Shown piece by piece: positions 20,093 to 29,444 of a stretch of 64,000 nucleotides of DNA (its first letter is position 1; every line of letters starts with the position of its first letter). Under the pieces are notes generated by a model. That model was not told the DNA's origin. It ran no database searches and saw only the letters and a program-made list of their open reading frames with translations. The position numbers and the translations under genes are program-made. The DNA is taken from the sequence record DRR723986_13572. The stretch is one strand, 5' to 3'.

Positions 20093-21901
20093 TTAAAAGC
20101 AGTATTTATTTTCTGCTTTAACTTTTTCAGCGATCTCATTTCTAAGGTCTACTATATCTGGATAATTTTGATATTTCGTAAATCGTTTAAGACCCATAAG
20201 CATCATGCGTTGTTCATCACCCTCAGCAAACGAAATAATACTTTCTCGTCCCTTATCTTCTACAATGTTAAGTGCATTGTATAAATATAATTTAGACATA
20301 GCAATTTGTACTTTTTGGGCATCTTCACCAAAACGCTTCGCATTTTTCTCAGTTCTTAATATTGCAGACTCTGCCATATAGATCTCAATTAAGATATCAG
20401 CTGCAGCAATCAGTAATTGCTGATGTTTCTCCATTTCTGGTCCAAATTTCTGAACAGCAGCACCTGCAACCATCAAGAATACTTTTTTCATCTTCGCAAT
20501 CATTGCTTTCTCTTCAGAAAATAGCTCAGAATAATCTGGAGTATCAAATGATGGAATACCCATTAATTCTTCTTGTACTTTCATTGCAGGCCCTAATAGG
20601 TCTACGTGACCTTTCATAGCTTTTTTCACTAACATACCAACAGATAACATTCTGTTTATTTCGTTAGTTCCTTCGTAGATACGAGCAATACGTGCATCTC
20701 TCCAAGCAGCTTCCATTGGTGTTTCTTCAGAGAATCCCATACCACCAAAGATTTGAATTCCTTCATCTGCACAATTCTGTACGTCTTCAGAAACGGCTAC
20801 TTTTAGTATAGAACATTCTATTGCATACTCTTCAACACCTTTTAATTCTGCCTCTTGGTGAGAATTACCCGAAGCTTCTCTAATTGCAATACGATCTTCA
20901 ATGTTTTTAGCAGCACGGTAAGTTGCTGATTCCCCTGCATAGGCATCAGCAGCCATTTTAGCTAACTTCATTTTAATAGCGCCAAAATCCGCTATTGGTG
21001 TTTTAAATTGCTTACGTTCATTAGCATAATTTACTGCAGTAGTTAAAATACGTCTTTGAGAATCTAAACATGCAGCTGCCAATTTAATACGACCAACATT
21101 TAAAGCATTCATAGCAATTTTAAAACCTTCACCGCGACCAGCTAACATATTTTCTACCGGTACTAAAGTATCGTTAAAGAATACTTGACGTGTAGAACTC
21201 GCTCTAATACCTAACTTATGTTCTTCTTCTCCGAGTGTTACACCGTTTGGATTTTCAGGATCATATTCTACAATAAATCCAGTGATATTTTTATCGTCTT
21301 CGATACGTGCAAATACAATCATCAAACTACAGAAACCTGCATTTGAAATCCACATTTTTTGCCCATTAATTTTATAAGACTTACCATCTGCTGAAAGTTC
21401 AGCTGTAGTTTTTCCTGAGTTGGCGTCAGAACCTGCTCCAGGTTCAGTTAAACAGTAAGCTCCAAACCACTCTCCTGTGGCTAATTTTGGAACATATTTT
21501 TGTTTTTGTTCTTCCGTACCATAAAGTGTAATTGGCATAGTACCAATCCCTGTATGTGCGCCAAAAGCTGTGCTAAATGAGCCAGTACCTGACGATATAT
21601 AATCACAAACTAAACAAGTAGAGACAAATCCCATTCCTAAACCATCATAGGCTTCTGGAACTGCAACGCCTAAGAATCCTAGCTCACCTGCTTTACGCAT
21701 ACACTCTTCGGTTAAAGCGTAATCTTTTGCCTCAAATCTATCTTTATGTGCAATAATTTCACGGTCATTAAATTCCATAACCGCTTCTTTCATCATTTGC
21801 TGCTCTTCTGAAAAATCTTCAGGAGTAAATACGTCTTCACATTTTGTTTCTTTAACTAAGAATTGACCTCCACGTAGGATATCTTTTTCAGTTGTTTCCA
21901 T
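20093..21901 (-). CDS. Acyl-CoA dehydrogenase (long form)
   Basis: AYCLTEPGAGSD, NGQKMWISN, QIFGGMGF, RIYEGTNEI. Confidence 0.95.
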   Translation of the reverse strand: METTEKDILRGGQFLVKETKCEDVFTPEDFSEEQQMMKEAVMEFNDREIIAHKDRFEAKDYALTEECMRKAGELGFLGVAVPEAYDGLGMGFVSTCLVCDYISSGTGSFSTAFGAHTGIGTMPITLYGTEEQKQKYVPKLATGEWFGAYCLTEPGAGSDANSGKTTAELSADGKSYKINGQKMWISNAGFCSLMIVFARIEDDKNITGFIVEYDPENPNGVTLGEEEHKLGIRASSTRQVFFNDTLVPVENMLAGRGEGFKIAMNALNVGRIKLAAACLDSQRRILTTAVNYANERKQFKTPIADFGAIKMKLAKMAADAYAGESATYRAAKNIEDRIAIREASGNSHQEAELKGVEEYAIECSILKVAVSEDVQNCADEGIQIFGGMGFSEETPMEAAWRDARIARIYEGTNEINRMLSVGMLVKKAMKGHVDLLGPAMKVQEELMGIPSFDTPDYSELFSEEKAMIAKMKKVFLMVAGAAVQKFGPEMEKHQQLLIAAADILIEIYMAESAILRTEKNAKRFGEDAQKVQIAMSKLYLYNALNIVEDKGRESIISFAEGDEQRMMLMGLKRFTKYQNYPDIVDLRNEIAEKVKAENKYCF

Positions 21902-21925
21902 TTTATAGTATTGTATTAAGTTCTT

Positions 21926-23116
21926 TTAATTTAAAAATTCAAATATTCCGCAAGCACCTTGTCCTGTACCTACACACATTGTTACAGCGCCATATTTACC
22001 TGTCATTTCGCGTTTACGCATTTCATCAAATAACTGTACAGAAAGCTTAGCGCCTGTACATCCTAAAGGGTGACCGAGCGCAATTGCTCCACCATTAACA
22101 TTTATAATATCTGGATTAAGATCTAACTCCCTTATAACAGCTAAAGACTGCGATGCGAATGCTTCGTTTAATTCAATCAAACCTAAATCGTCTTGATTTA
22201 ATCCTGCTTGTTTTAAAGCTTTAGGAATAGCCTTAACAGGACCTATTCCCATAATTCTTGGTTCTACACCAGCCGCCGCATAACTCACCAGACGCGCAAT
22301 AGGTTCAATATTTAATTCCTTAACCATATCCTCACTCATAACCATTACAAAGGCAGCACCATCACTCATTTGAGATGAGTTACCAGCAGTAACACTTCCA
22401 CCAGCTGCGAATACAGCTCTTAATTTAGCTAATGCTCGTTTGCTTGTCCCTTTTCTTGGGCCTTCATCTTTTGCTACAGTATACGATCTAGTAGCTTTAT
22501 TCCCATTTTCATCAATATAGGTTTGATCTACAGTAATTGGCACAATTTGATCCTGAAAACGATTTTCTGCTTGAGCCTTAAGTGCTTTCATGTGAGAATT
22601 AAATGCAAATTCATCTTGATCTTCTCTAGATACATTAAATTGATTGGCAACTGCCTCTGCGGTATTTCCCATTCCCCAATAATATTCTTCATGACCTGCT
22701 TTTACGGTATCGTAATTTAATTCTGGTTTAAAACCTGTCATTGGAACGGAGCTCATACTTTCAGAACCACCTGCTATGATACAATCTGCCATTCCTGCTT
22801 GTATTTTGGCAGTTGCAATACCAATAGTTTCAATACCTGAAGAACAAAAACGATTAACTGTTACACCAGGCACATCTACACTGTTTAATCCTATTAAAGA
22901 AATAAATCTAGCCATATTAAGACCTTGAGATCCTTCTGGCATTGCATTACCTACAATAACATCATCAATTCTTGAGACATCTAAGTTTGGTAATTCCTTC
23001 ATCATGTGCTGAATGGTTTCAGCTCCTAATTCGTCAGCTCTTTTAAATCTGAATACACCTTTTGGAGCTTTTCCTACCGCTGTTCTGTATGCTTTTACTA
23101 TATATGCTTGTTTCAT
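21926..23116 (-). CDS. fadA: Acetyl-CoA C-acyltransferase (thiolase)
   Basis: NRFCSSG, NEAFA, GHPLGCTG, CVGTGQG motifs. Confidence 0.93.
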   Translation of the reverse strand: MKQAYIVKAYRTAVGKAPKGVFRFKRADELGAETIQHMMKELPNLDVSRIDDVIVGNAMPEGSQGLNMARFISLIGLNSVDVPGVTVNRFCSSGIETIGIATAKIQAGMADCIIAGGSESMSSVPMTGFKPELNYDTVKAGHEEYYWGMGNTAEAVANQFNVSREDQDEFAFNSHMKALKAQAENRFQDQIVPITVDQTYIDENGNKATRSYTVAKDEGPRKGTSKRALAKLRAVFAAGGSVTAGNSSQMSDGAAFVMVMSEDMVKELNIEPIARLVSYAAAGVEPRIMGIGPVKAIPKALKQAGLNQDDLGLIELNEAFASQSLAVIRELDLNPDIINVNGGAIALGHPLGCTGAKLSVQLFDEMRKREMTGKYGAVTMCVGTGQGACGIFEFLN

Positions 23117-23120
23117 TGTA

Positions 23121-25529
23121 TTAATTTCTTAAAGGTTTACCAGTTTTTAACATGTGTTGTATACGCTCTAACGTTTTGCGCTCTGTACATAGTGATAGGA
23201 ATGCTTCACGTTCTAAGTCTAGTAAATATTGTTCGCTAACAAGAGTTGGTTCAGATAAATCACCACCTGCCATTACATAAGCAAGTTTGTTAGCAATTTT
23301 CTGATCGTGTTCACTGATATAATGACTCGCTTCCATAGAGTCAGTTCCTACCAAGAACATACCTAAAGCTTGTTTACCAAGAACTTTAATATCCTTACGT
23401 TTTACTGGTTGAGTATAACCTGCGTCTGCTAATAATCTTGCATGAGCTTTAGCAGTTGCGATTTGCCTATCTTTATTGACAACAACAATATCTTTCCCTT
23501 TTTGCAACACGCCCAAATCATAAGCTTCATAAGCTGAGGTTGCTACTTTAGCCATACCAATAGTTAAGAAATATTCCTGTAAAACATTTAGCTCAACATC
23601 TCCTTTTCTAAATGTGTCTTGTGCTCTTAAAGCCATTTCTTTAGAACCACCACCACCAGGGATAACTCCAACTCCAAACTCTACAAGACCAATGTAAGTT
23701 TCTGCTGCAGCAACAACTTTATCAGCATGCATTGATAATTCACAACCTCCACCAAGAGCCATACCATGTGGTGCAGCTATAGTTGGGATAGAAGAATAAC
23801 GCATACGCATCATAGAATCCTGGAAGTATTTAATCGCCATATTAAGCTCGTCATATTCTTGCTCGGCTGCCATCATAAAGATCATACCTATGTTAGCACC
23901 TACAGAGAAGTTTGCAGCTTGATTACCAACAATTAAACCATCAAAATCTTTTTCAGCAATATCAATAGCTTTATTTAGACCTGCTAAAACATCACCTCCA
24001 ATGGTATTCATTTTAGACTGAAATTCTACATTAAGAATACCATCACCTAAATCTTCAACAACAACTCCAGAATTTTTAAAGACTTCATTAGACTTTCTAA
24101 TATTATCTAGAATGATGAAACTGTCTTGTCCAGGTATTTTAGCTTGAGATTTACTTGGTACATCATAAGCATAAGAAGCACCATCTTTTACTGAATAAAA
24201 TGCTTTACTACCTGAAGCTAACATATCAATTACCCATGTATTAGGTTCTAAACCTTCTGCTTTCATCATTTCAATACCAGCTTCTACACCAATTGCATCC
24301 CAAATCTGAAAAGGACCATGTCCCCAACCAAATCCGGCTTTCATCGCATCATCAATCTTATATAGCTCATCTGTAATTTCAGGAATGCGATTAGAAACAT
24401 AGGCAAATAAAGCCGCTAAATGTTTCCTGTAGAATTCACCAGCTTTATCTTTTCCTTTTACTAATACTTTAAAACGGTCTGCAACATTATCTATAGTTTT
24501 TGTTAATTCTAGCGTAGCAAATTTAGCACGCATTTTAGCTCTATAATCTAAGGTATCTAAGTCTAGGGATAGTATTTCTTTTTTACCTTCAGCAGAAACA
24601 CTCTTTTTATAAAATCCTTGACCAGTTTTACTGCCTAACCACTTGTTTTCCATCATGGTATTGATAAAATATGGAATGGTAAAAAGTTCTAATTGCTCAT
24701 CATTAGGACAATTATTTTTAATTCCATTAGCTACATGAACTAAAGTATCTAAACCAACAACATCTACAGTTCTGAACGTAGCTGATTTTGGTCTACCGAT
24801 AACAGGGCCAGATAATTTATCTACTTCTTCTATAGTGAGTCCTAATTCTTTTACCACATGGAAAACATTCATAATGCTAAAAATTCCGATACGATTGCCA
24901 ATAAAAGCAGGAGTATCCTTTGCAACTACCGATGTTTTTCCTAAAAATTGCTCTCCATATCCATTTAAGAATTCTAAAACAGATGCATCGGTTTTAGGTC
25001 CAGGTATGATTTCGAATAGTTTTAGGTAACGAGCAGGATTAAAGAAGTGTGTTCCACAGAAATGCTTCTGGAAATCTTCACTACGACCTTCACTCATAAA
25101 TTTAATAGGAATACCTGAGGTATTTGATGTAATAAGTGTACCAGGTGTTCTATACTTTTCTAGCTTTTCAAATACCTGTTGTTTTATATCTAAACGCTCT
25201 ACTACAACCTCCATAATCCAATCAACATCAGCCACTTTAGCAATATCATCTTCAAGATTACCAGTTGTAATTCGGTTTTTGAATGAGGAATGATAGAGTG
25301 GAGCAGGTTTAGATTTTATTGAAGCTGTTAAAGCATCATTTACTAAACGGTTTCTTACAATCTTATCGTCTAAAGATAAGCCTTTAGTTTTCTCTTTGTC
25401 ATTTAATTCTCTTGGTACTATGTCAAGCAATAAGACATCTACACCGATATTTGCAAAATGGCAAGCAATACCGCTTCCCATAATACCAGAACCAATAATA
25501 GCTATTTTCTTTATTCTACGTTTACTCAT
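23121..25529 (-). CDS. 3-hydroxyacyl-CoA dehydrogenase / enoyl-CoA hydratase fusion (FadN-like)
   Basis: GSGIMG, SNTSG, HFFNP; C-terminal crotonase FSVGAN, GGGCE, GLVEFGVG. Confidence 0.93.
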   Translation of the reverse strand: MSKRRIKKIAIIGSGIMGSGIACHFANIGVDVLLLDIVPRELNDKEKTKGLSLDDKIVRNRLVNDALTASIKSKPAPLYHSSFKNRITTGNLEDDIAKVADVDWIMEVVVERLDIKQQVFEKLEKYRTPGTLITSNTSGIPIKFMSEGRSEDFQKHFCGTHFFNPARYLKLFEIIPGPKTDASVLEFLNGYGEQFLGKTSVVAKDTPAFIGNRIGIFSIMNVFHVVKELGLTIEEVDKLSGPVIGRPKSATFRTVDVVGLDTLVHVANGIKNNCPNDEQLELFTIPYFINTMMENKWLGSKTGQGFYKKSVSAEGKKEILSLDLDTLDYRAKMRAKFATLELTKTIDNVADRFKVLVKGKDKAGEFYRKHLAALFAYVSNRIPEITDELYKIDDAMKAGFGWGHGPFQIWDAIGVEAGIEMMKAEGLEPNTWVIDMLASGSKAFYSVKDGASYAYDVPSKSQAKIPGQDSFIILDNIRKSNEVFKNSGVVVEDLGDGILNVEFQSKMNTIGGDVLAGLNKAIDIAEKDFDGLIVGNQAANFSVGANIGMIFMMAAEQEYDELNMAIKYFQDSMMRMRYSSIPTIAAPHGMALGGGCELSMHADKVVAAAETYIGLVEFGVGVIPGGGGSKEMALRAQDTFRKGDVELNVLQEYFLTIGMAKVATSAYEAYDLGVLQKGKDIVVVNKDRQIATAKAHARLLADAGYTQPVKRKDIKVLGKQALGMFLVGTDSMEASHYISEHDQKIANKLAYVMAGGDLSEPTLVSEQYLLDLEREAFLSLCTERKTLERIQHMLKTGKPLRN

Positions 25530-25984
25530 TATTTTATGGTATGTTCTTTTTGATTATATATTTTCTTGTTTGAAATCATATTATTTATGATTTCAGTGAC
25601 TTCGTAAAAATTATTTAATTGTGTTTCAGACAAGTTTGATTTAATTGTTTCATTGAAAATCAATACTCGCTCTTTCGAGTACTCACGCTTTTCTCTACCA
25701 AATTCTGTTAAATGGATTAACACACCTCGACCATCTTCAGGATTAGGCTTACGTATTATTAAACCTTTTTCTTCCATGGTTTTTAAAGTTCTTGAAAGAC
25801 TAGTAGCTTCCATGCCCATTTTTGGTCCTAGTGAGGTAGAAGGAGTTCCTTTTTCGGGATCGATACTCAATAAAGTAAAGCCAGTGGCCATTGTGGTACC
25901 GAACTTAGAAGCTTCTTCGTTGTACATTTTATTAACTGCTAACCATGTGGTTCTCAGTACGTAATCTATAGTTTTATCTTTCAT
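25529..25984 (-). CDS. MarR family regulator heading the beta-oxidation operon
   Basis: Winged HTH TSLSRTLKTMEEKGLI..DGR..LTEFG; stop overlaps the next start codon. Confidence 0.9.
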   Translation of the reverse strand: MKDKTIDYVLRTTWLAVNKMYNEEASKFGTTMATGFTLLSIDPEKGTPSTSLGPKMGMEATSLSRTLKTMEEKGLIIRKPNPEDGRGVLIHLTEFGREKREYSKERVLIFNETIKSNLSETQLNNFYEVTEIINNMISNKKIYNQKEHTIK

Positions 25985-26018
25985 ACTTTTTAGTAAGTTT
26001 CCAAAGATAATAAAAAAA

Positions 26019-26063
26019 TACTATGCACGCATAGTAAATTTAAAAAATTATGCATGCATAGTA
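26019..26063. promoter_or_regulatory. Two tandem palindromic operators (probable MarR sites)
   Basis: TACTATGCACGCATAGTA (26019-26036) and AATTATGCATGCATAGTA (26046-26063) just upstream of the marR promoter -7 box (TATCTTTG on minus strand). Confidence 0.75.
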
Positions 26064-26103
26064 TATTGTGATAAAAATAAGTACTTAAGCTAAATCTTAT
26101 TTC

Positions 26104-27879
26104 TTATGGGCGGTATATTTTTTCGTAAAGTGTATCATACTTTTTACGGATTACACTACGTTTCATTTTCATGGTAGGTGTTAAATGACCTGCATCAATA
26201 GACCAAACTTCTGGAGTCAATTCAAATCGTTTAATTTGTTCCCACTTACCAAAATTTTTGTTGTATTTATCTACTTCTTTTTGAATTCGTTTTATCACTA
26301 CATCTGATGTAGCTATTTCCGTTTCAGAATGCCCAATAGTATGTTCTTTATGTTCAATCCAGTCTCTTACAAAATCAAAATTTGGCTGTATGATAGCTCC
26401 TGGCATTTTTTCACCTTCACCGACAACCATTACTTGCTCAATAAACAAAGACTGTTTTAAGTCATTTTCTAAAAGTGTTGGGATAATATATTTTCCACCA
26501 GAGGTTTTGAACATTTCCTTTTTTCGGCCTGTTATTTTTAAGAATCCATCATTGTCAATTTCTCCTTTATCACCAGTATGGAAATATTCACCAGTCATTA
26601 CACTAGCCGTCTTTTCAGGATCTTTATAATAACCCATCATTACATTTGGTCCTTTGATGAGTATCTCACCATCTTCTGCAATTTTAACTTCAACATTTTC
26701 TATAGGTTTACCTACTGTACCAACCTTGTAATTTTTATCATTGTACATACCAACAGATACGACAGGTGATGTTTCTGTAAGACCATAGCCTTCCATAACT
26801 TTCATGTTTGCAGCACCAAAAATACGAGCTAACCTAGGTTGTAATGCTGCACTGCCAGATACCATTGTACCAAGTTCTCCTCCCAGTGCTTCACGCCATT
26901 TACTAAAAATTAATTTATTAGCAATTTTTAATTGAAATTCATACCAACTCCCATTTGCACCATATGGTTCCCATCGTTCTCCGATGCGTACAGCCCAAAA
27001 GAATAGGGCTTTTTTGATGCCAGTAAGATCTTCTCCTTTTAGCATTATTTTATCGAAAACTTTTTCAAGCAATCGTGGTACAACACTCATTAAGTTTGGA
27101 TTAATCTCTTTAGCATTATCACCAATTTTATCTAAAGCTTCAGCAAAATAAATAGACGTGCCGGCATATTGGTAAACGTAAATAAGAACACGCTCAAAAA
27201 TATGACAAATGGGTAAGAAGCTTAATACTCTGGTTTCACCTGATGGTGGTAAAGGAACGCGTGGTGAACTATCTAATACATTACTAGTAATATTCCAATG
27301 TGATAACATTACACCTTTAGGTCTTCCAGTGGTACCAGAAGTATAGATTATTGTAGCTAAATCGTCTGGTTTTACAGCTTCTTTTCTAGCTTCAACTTCT
27401 GGTTGTGTTACTTCATCTTTACCTAATTCAAATAACTCAGAGTAGTGTTTACATCCATTAATGTGGTCAAAAGAATAAACCTCTTTTAAACTAGTATTGG
27501 CTTTTACTTTTTTAACTTTTTCTAAAACCTCCTCATCTGAAACAAAGCAGTATATTGATTCACTATGGTTTAAAACATATTCGTAATCTTCTGCACTAAT
27601 GGTAGGATAGATAGGTATATTTTGAGCACCAACTTGTAAAATACCAATATCCATAATATTCCATTCGGTTCTATTGGTAGAGGAAATTATAGCGATTTTA
27701 TCATTTTTTTGAATTCCTAATTTTAAAAGTGCTCTACTGATAGCATTTGCTTTGTCTAAATACGTTTGAGTAGACATAGCTTCCCATTTACCGTTGTATT
27801 TTGTAACTAATGCAGAATCATTAGGTTTATGTTTTAATTGATAATAAGGGAAATCAAAAAGGCGGGTTATCTCGGTCAT
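26104..27879 (-). CDS. fadD: Long-chain fatty acid-CoA ligase
   Basis: YTSGTTGRPKG, GYGLTE, FHTGD, ITGRKK motifs. Confidence 0.9.
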   Translation of the reverse strand: MTEITRLFDFPYYQLKHKPNDSALVTKYNGKWEAMSTQTYLDKANAISRALLKLGIQKNDKIAIISSTNRTEWNIMDIGILQVGAQNIPIYPTISAEDYEYVLNHSESIYCFVSDEEVLEKVKKVKANTSLKEVYSFDHINGCKHYSELFELGKDEVTQPEVEARKEAVKPDDLATIIYTSGTTGRPKGVMLSHWNITSNVLDSSPRVPLPPSGETRVLSFLPICHIFERVLIYVYQYAGTSIYFAEALDKIGDNAKEINPNLMSVVPRLLEKVFDKIMLKGEDLTGIKKALFFWAVRIGERWEPYGANGSWYEFQLKIANKLIFSKWREALGGELGTMVSGSAALQPRLARIFGAANMKVMEGYGLTETSPVVSVGMYNDKNYKVGTVGKPIENVEVKIAEDGEILIKGPNVMMGYYKDPEKTASVMTGEYFHTGDKGEIDNDGFLKITGRKKEMFKTSGGKYIIPTLLENDLKQSLFIEQVMVVGEGEKMPGAIIQPNFDFVRDWIEHKEHTIGHSETEIATSDVVIKRIQKEVDKYNKNFGKWEQIKRFELTPEVWSIDAGHLTPTMKMKRSVIRKKYDTLYEKIYRP

Positions 27880-27984
27880 AGTCTAGCCACAATAAAGTTA
27901 ATGTGATTTTACGAAAATAAGAAAATTAAAGCTATTTGTCCTAATGATTTTTAGAGGTTTAGAACAGTTAAAATTTAGATAAGA

Positions 27985-28098
27985 GCAAAAAAAGAAAAGA
28001 GACTAAAAACTAGTCTCCTTTCAAAAATACTTTTAACCCTATTACTTGAAATTAATATAATAACCCTAACATTATATTTAATTAGTATAAAAGTATTA
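27985..28098 (-). ncRNA. Candidate sRNA (or structured araC 3' UTR) with two UAGGGUU motifs
   Basis: -7 box TAATTTTG (28108-28101), 10-bp outer stem, about 12-bp inner stem with GUUAGGGUU loop, terminator with a G:U pair on the minus strand and U7 tail. Confidence 0.5.
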
Positions 28099-28146
28099 CT
28101 CAAAATTAAGGACTTTGGTGTTTGTATTGATGTAAAAAATCGAAAG

Positions 28147-28953
28147 CTATTTGTTTAAATACTCACTAAGAAAAGGATGTTGTGTCTTAAAATACTCTTT
28201 TGGAGATTGTTTCATAAAATATTTAAAATCCTTTGTAAAGTGAGAATGATCATAATAGTCGTACATATAAATAAGATTGTTTAGACTGATTTCCTTACCT
28301 TCATACTTGCGCATTAACTTTAAAAAGCGGTATAAACGAATATACCTTCCTGGCGTTAATCCAACTATTTTTTTAAAATGTGTTTCGAGAGTTTTTTGAC
28401 TGAACTCAACTGAATCTAACAATTCGTAGGTATTTAATAGTCCTTCTTTTTCTTGTATTACACATATAGTTTTATCGATTTGTTGTATTACTGGATTATC
28501 TTGAAGAGATATATTTTGTATAGCTAGTTTTAGAATTTTTGATAGTTCAGGAATATTATTTTTATGTTCAGTAAATAAAGGATTCAATGCATTAAAAAGA
28601 GTTTCATCAAAGTTTTTCAGAGGAATATGCTTGTTCTTTATTTTCCCAATATCCGCTTTAGAAATTTTATAAAGTGCTGTAGGATGCAGGGACATACCGA
28701 ATGAAAAACCTTCTTTATTTACTAAAAATTGATAGGAATCATAGAATTGCCCAGTGACTATAGGTCCAGAGAGCGAGGTGTGATGATTATTATAAATAGC
28801 TTTTTGACTATCACTATAAATAAATGTAATTGAAGTGTTGCATATGGGCAAAACGGTAGACTGAAAAGGTACATCTTCTTCAGAGAATTTTAGAAGAAAA
28901 AGCTCTTCAACTAAATCTTTAACATCATCAACATTAAAATATTTGAGCGTCAT
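28147..28953 (-). CDS. AraC-family HTH regulator (DUF6597-like N-terminus)
   Basis: C-terminal KTLETHFKKIVGLTP...YYDHSHFTKDFK..SPKEY. Confidence 0.85.
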   Translation of the reverse strand: MTLKYFNVDDVKDLVEELFLLKFSEEDVPFQSTVLPICNTSITFIYSDSQKAIYNNHHTSLSGPIVTGQFYDSYQFLVNKEGFSFGMSLHPTALYKISKADIGKIKNKHIPLKNFDETLFNALNPLFTEHKNNIPELSKILKLAIQNISLQDNPVIQQIDKTICVIQEKEGLLNTYELLDSVEFSQKTLETHFKKIVGLTPGRYIRLYRFLKLMRKYEGKEISLNNLIYMYDYYDHSHFTKDFKYFMKQSPKEYFKTQHPFLSEYLNK

Positions 28954-29072
28954 ACATTTTAATTATATGTAGGTAAAATACGACAAAATAAAAATTATAC
29001 AAATTTTTTTTAATAGGGTCTCTTTTATTTGAGCTATGTAAATATAACGTATTTAAATTCAGATGATTTCTT

Positions 29073-29426
29073 TTGTTTTTTTATTTCTTACCAGAGATTA
29101 CAATGGAACTACTATTCTTACTCATTTTATTTACTGTAATTACAATGTATGGTGGTGGTTTTGCGACTTTACCAGCATTTTTAGGTGACCTTTTTGGCAC
29201 GAAACAGTTGGGAGCTATACATGGTATGATATTAGCTGGTTGGGGACTTGCAGGTGTCGTTGGGCCAACTATATATGATGTAGTTAAAAGTTCAACAGGT
29301 TCCTTAGATATTACATTAAAAGTATTTTCAGGATTATTTGTTGTGGCTCTAGTTGTTTCACTATTAATGAAACGTTCAGTAAACAAAGCTTACAAGGCAA
29401 AAATTAGAAAAATTGAAGTGGTATAA
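29073..29426 (+). pseudogene. C-terminal remnant of an OFA-family MFS transporter
   Basis: YGGGFATLPAFLGDLFGTKQLGAIHG..AGVVGP matches the last helices of OFA MFS; only about 120 bp upstream, no room for the N-terminal two-thirds. Confidence 0.75.
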
Positions 29427-29444
29427 ATTAAATTCAGACCACAA

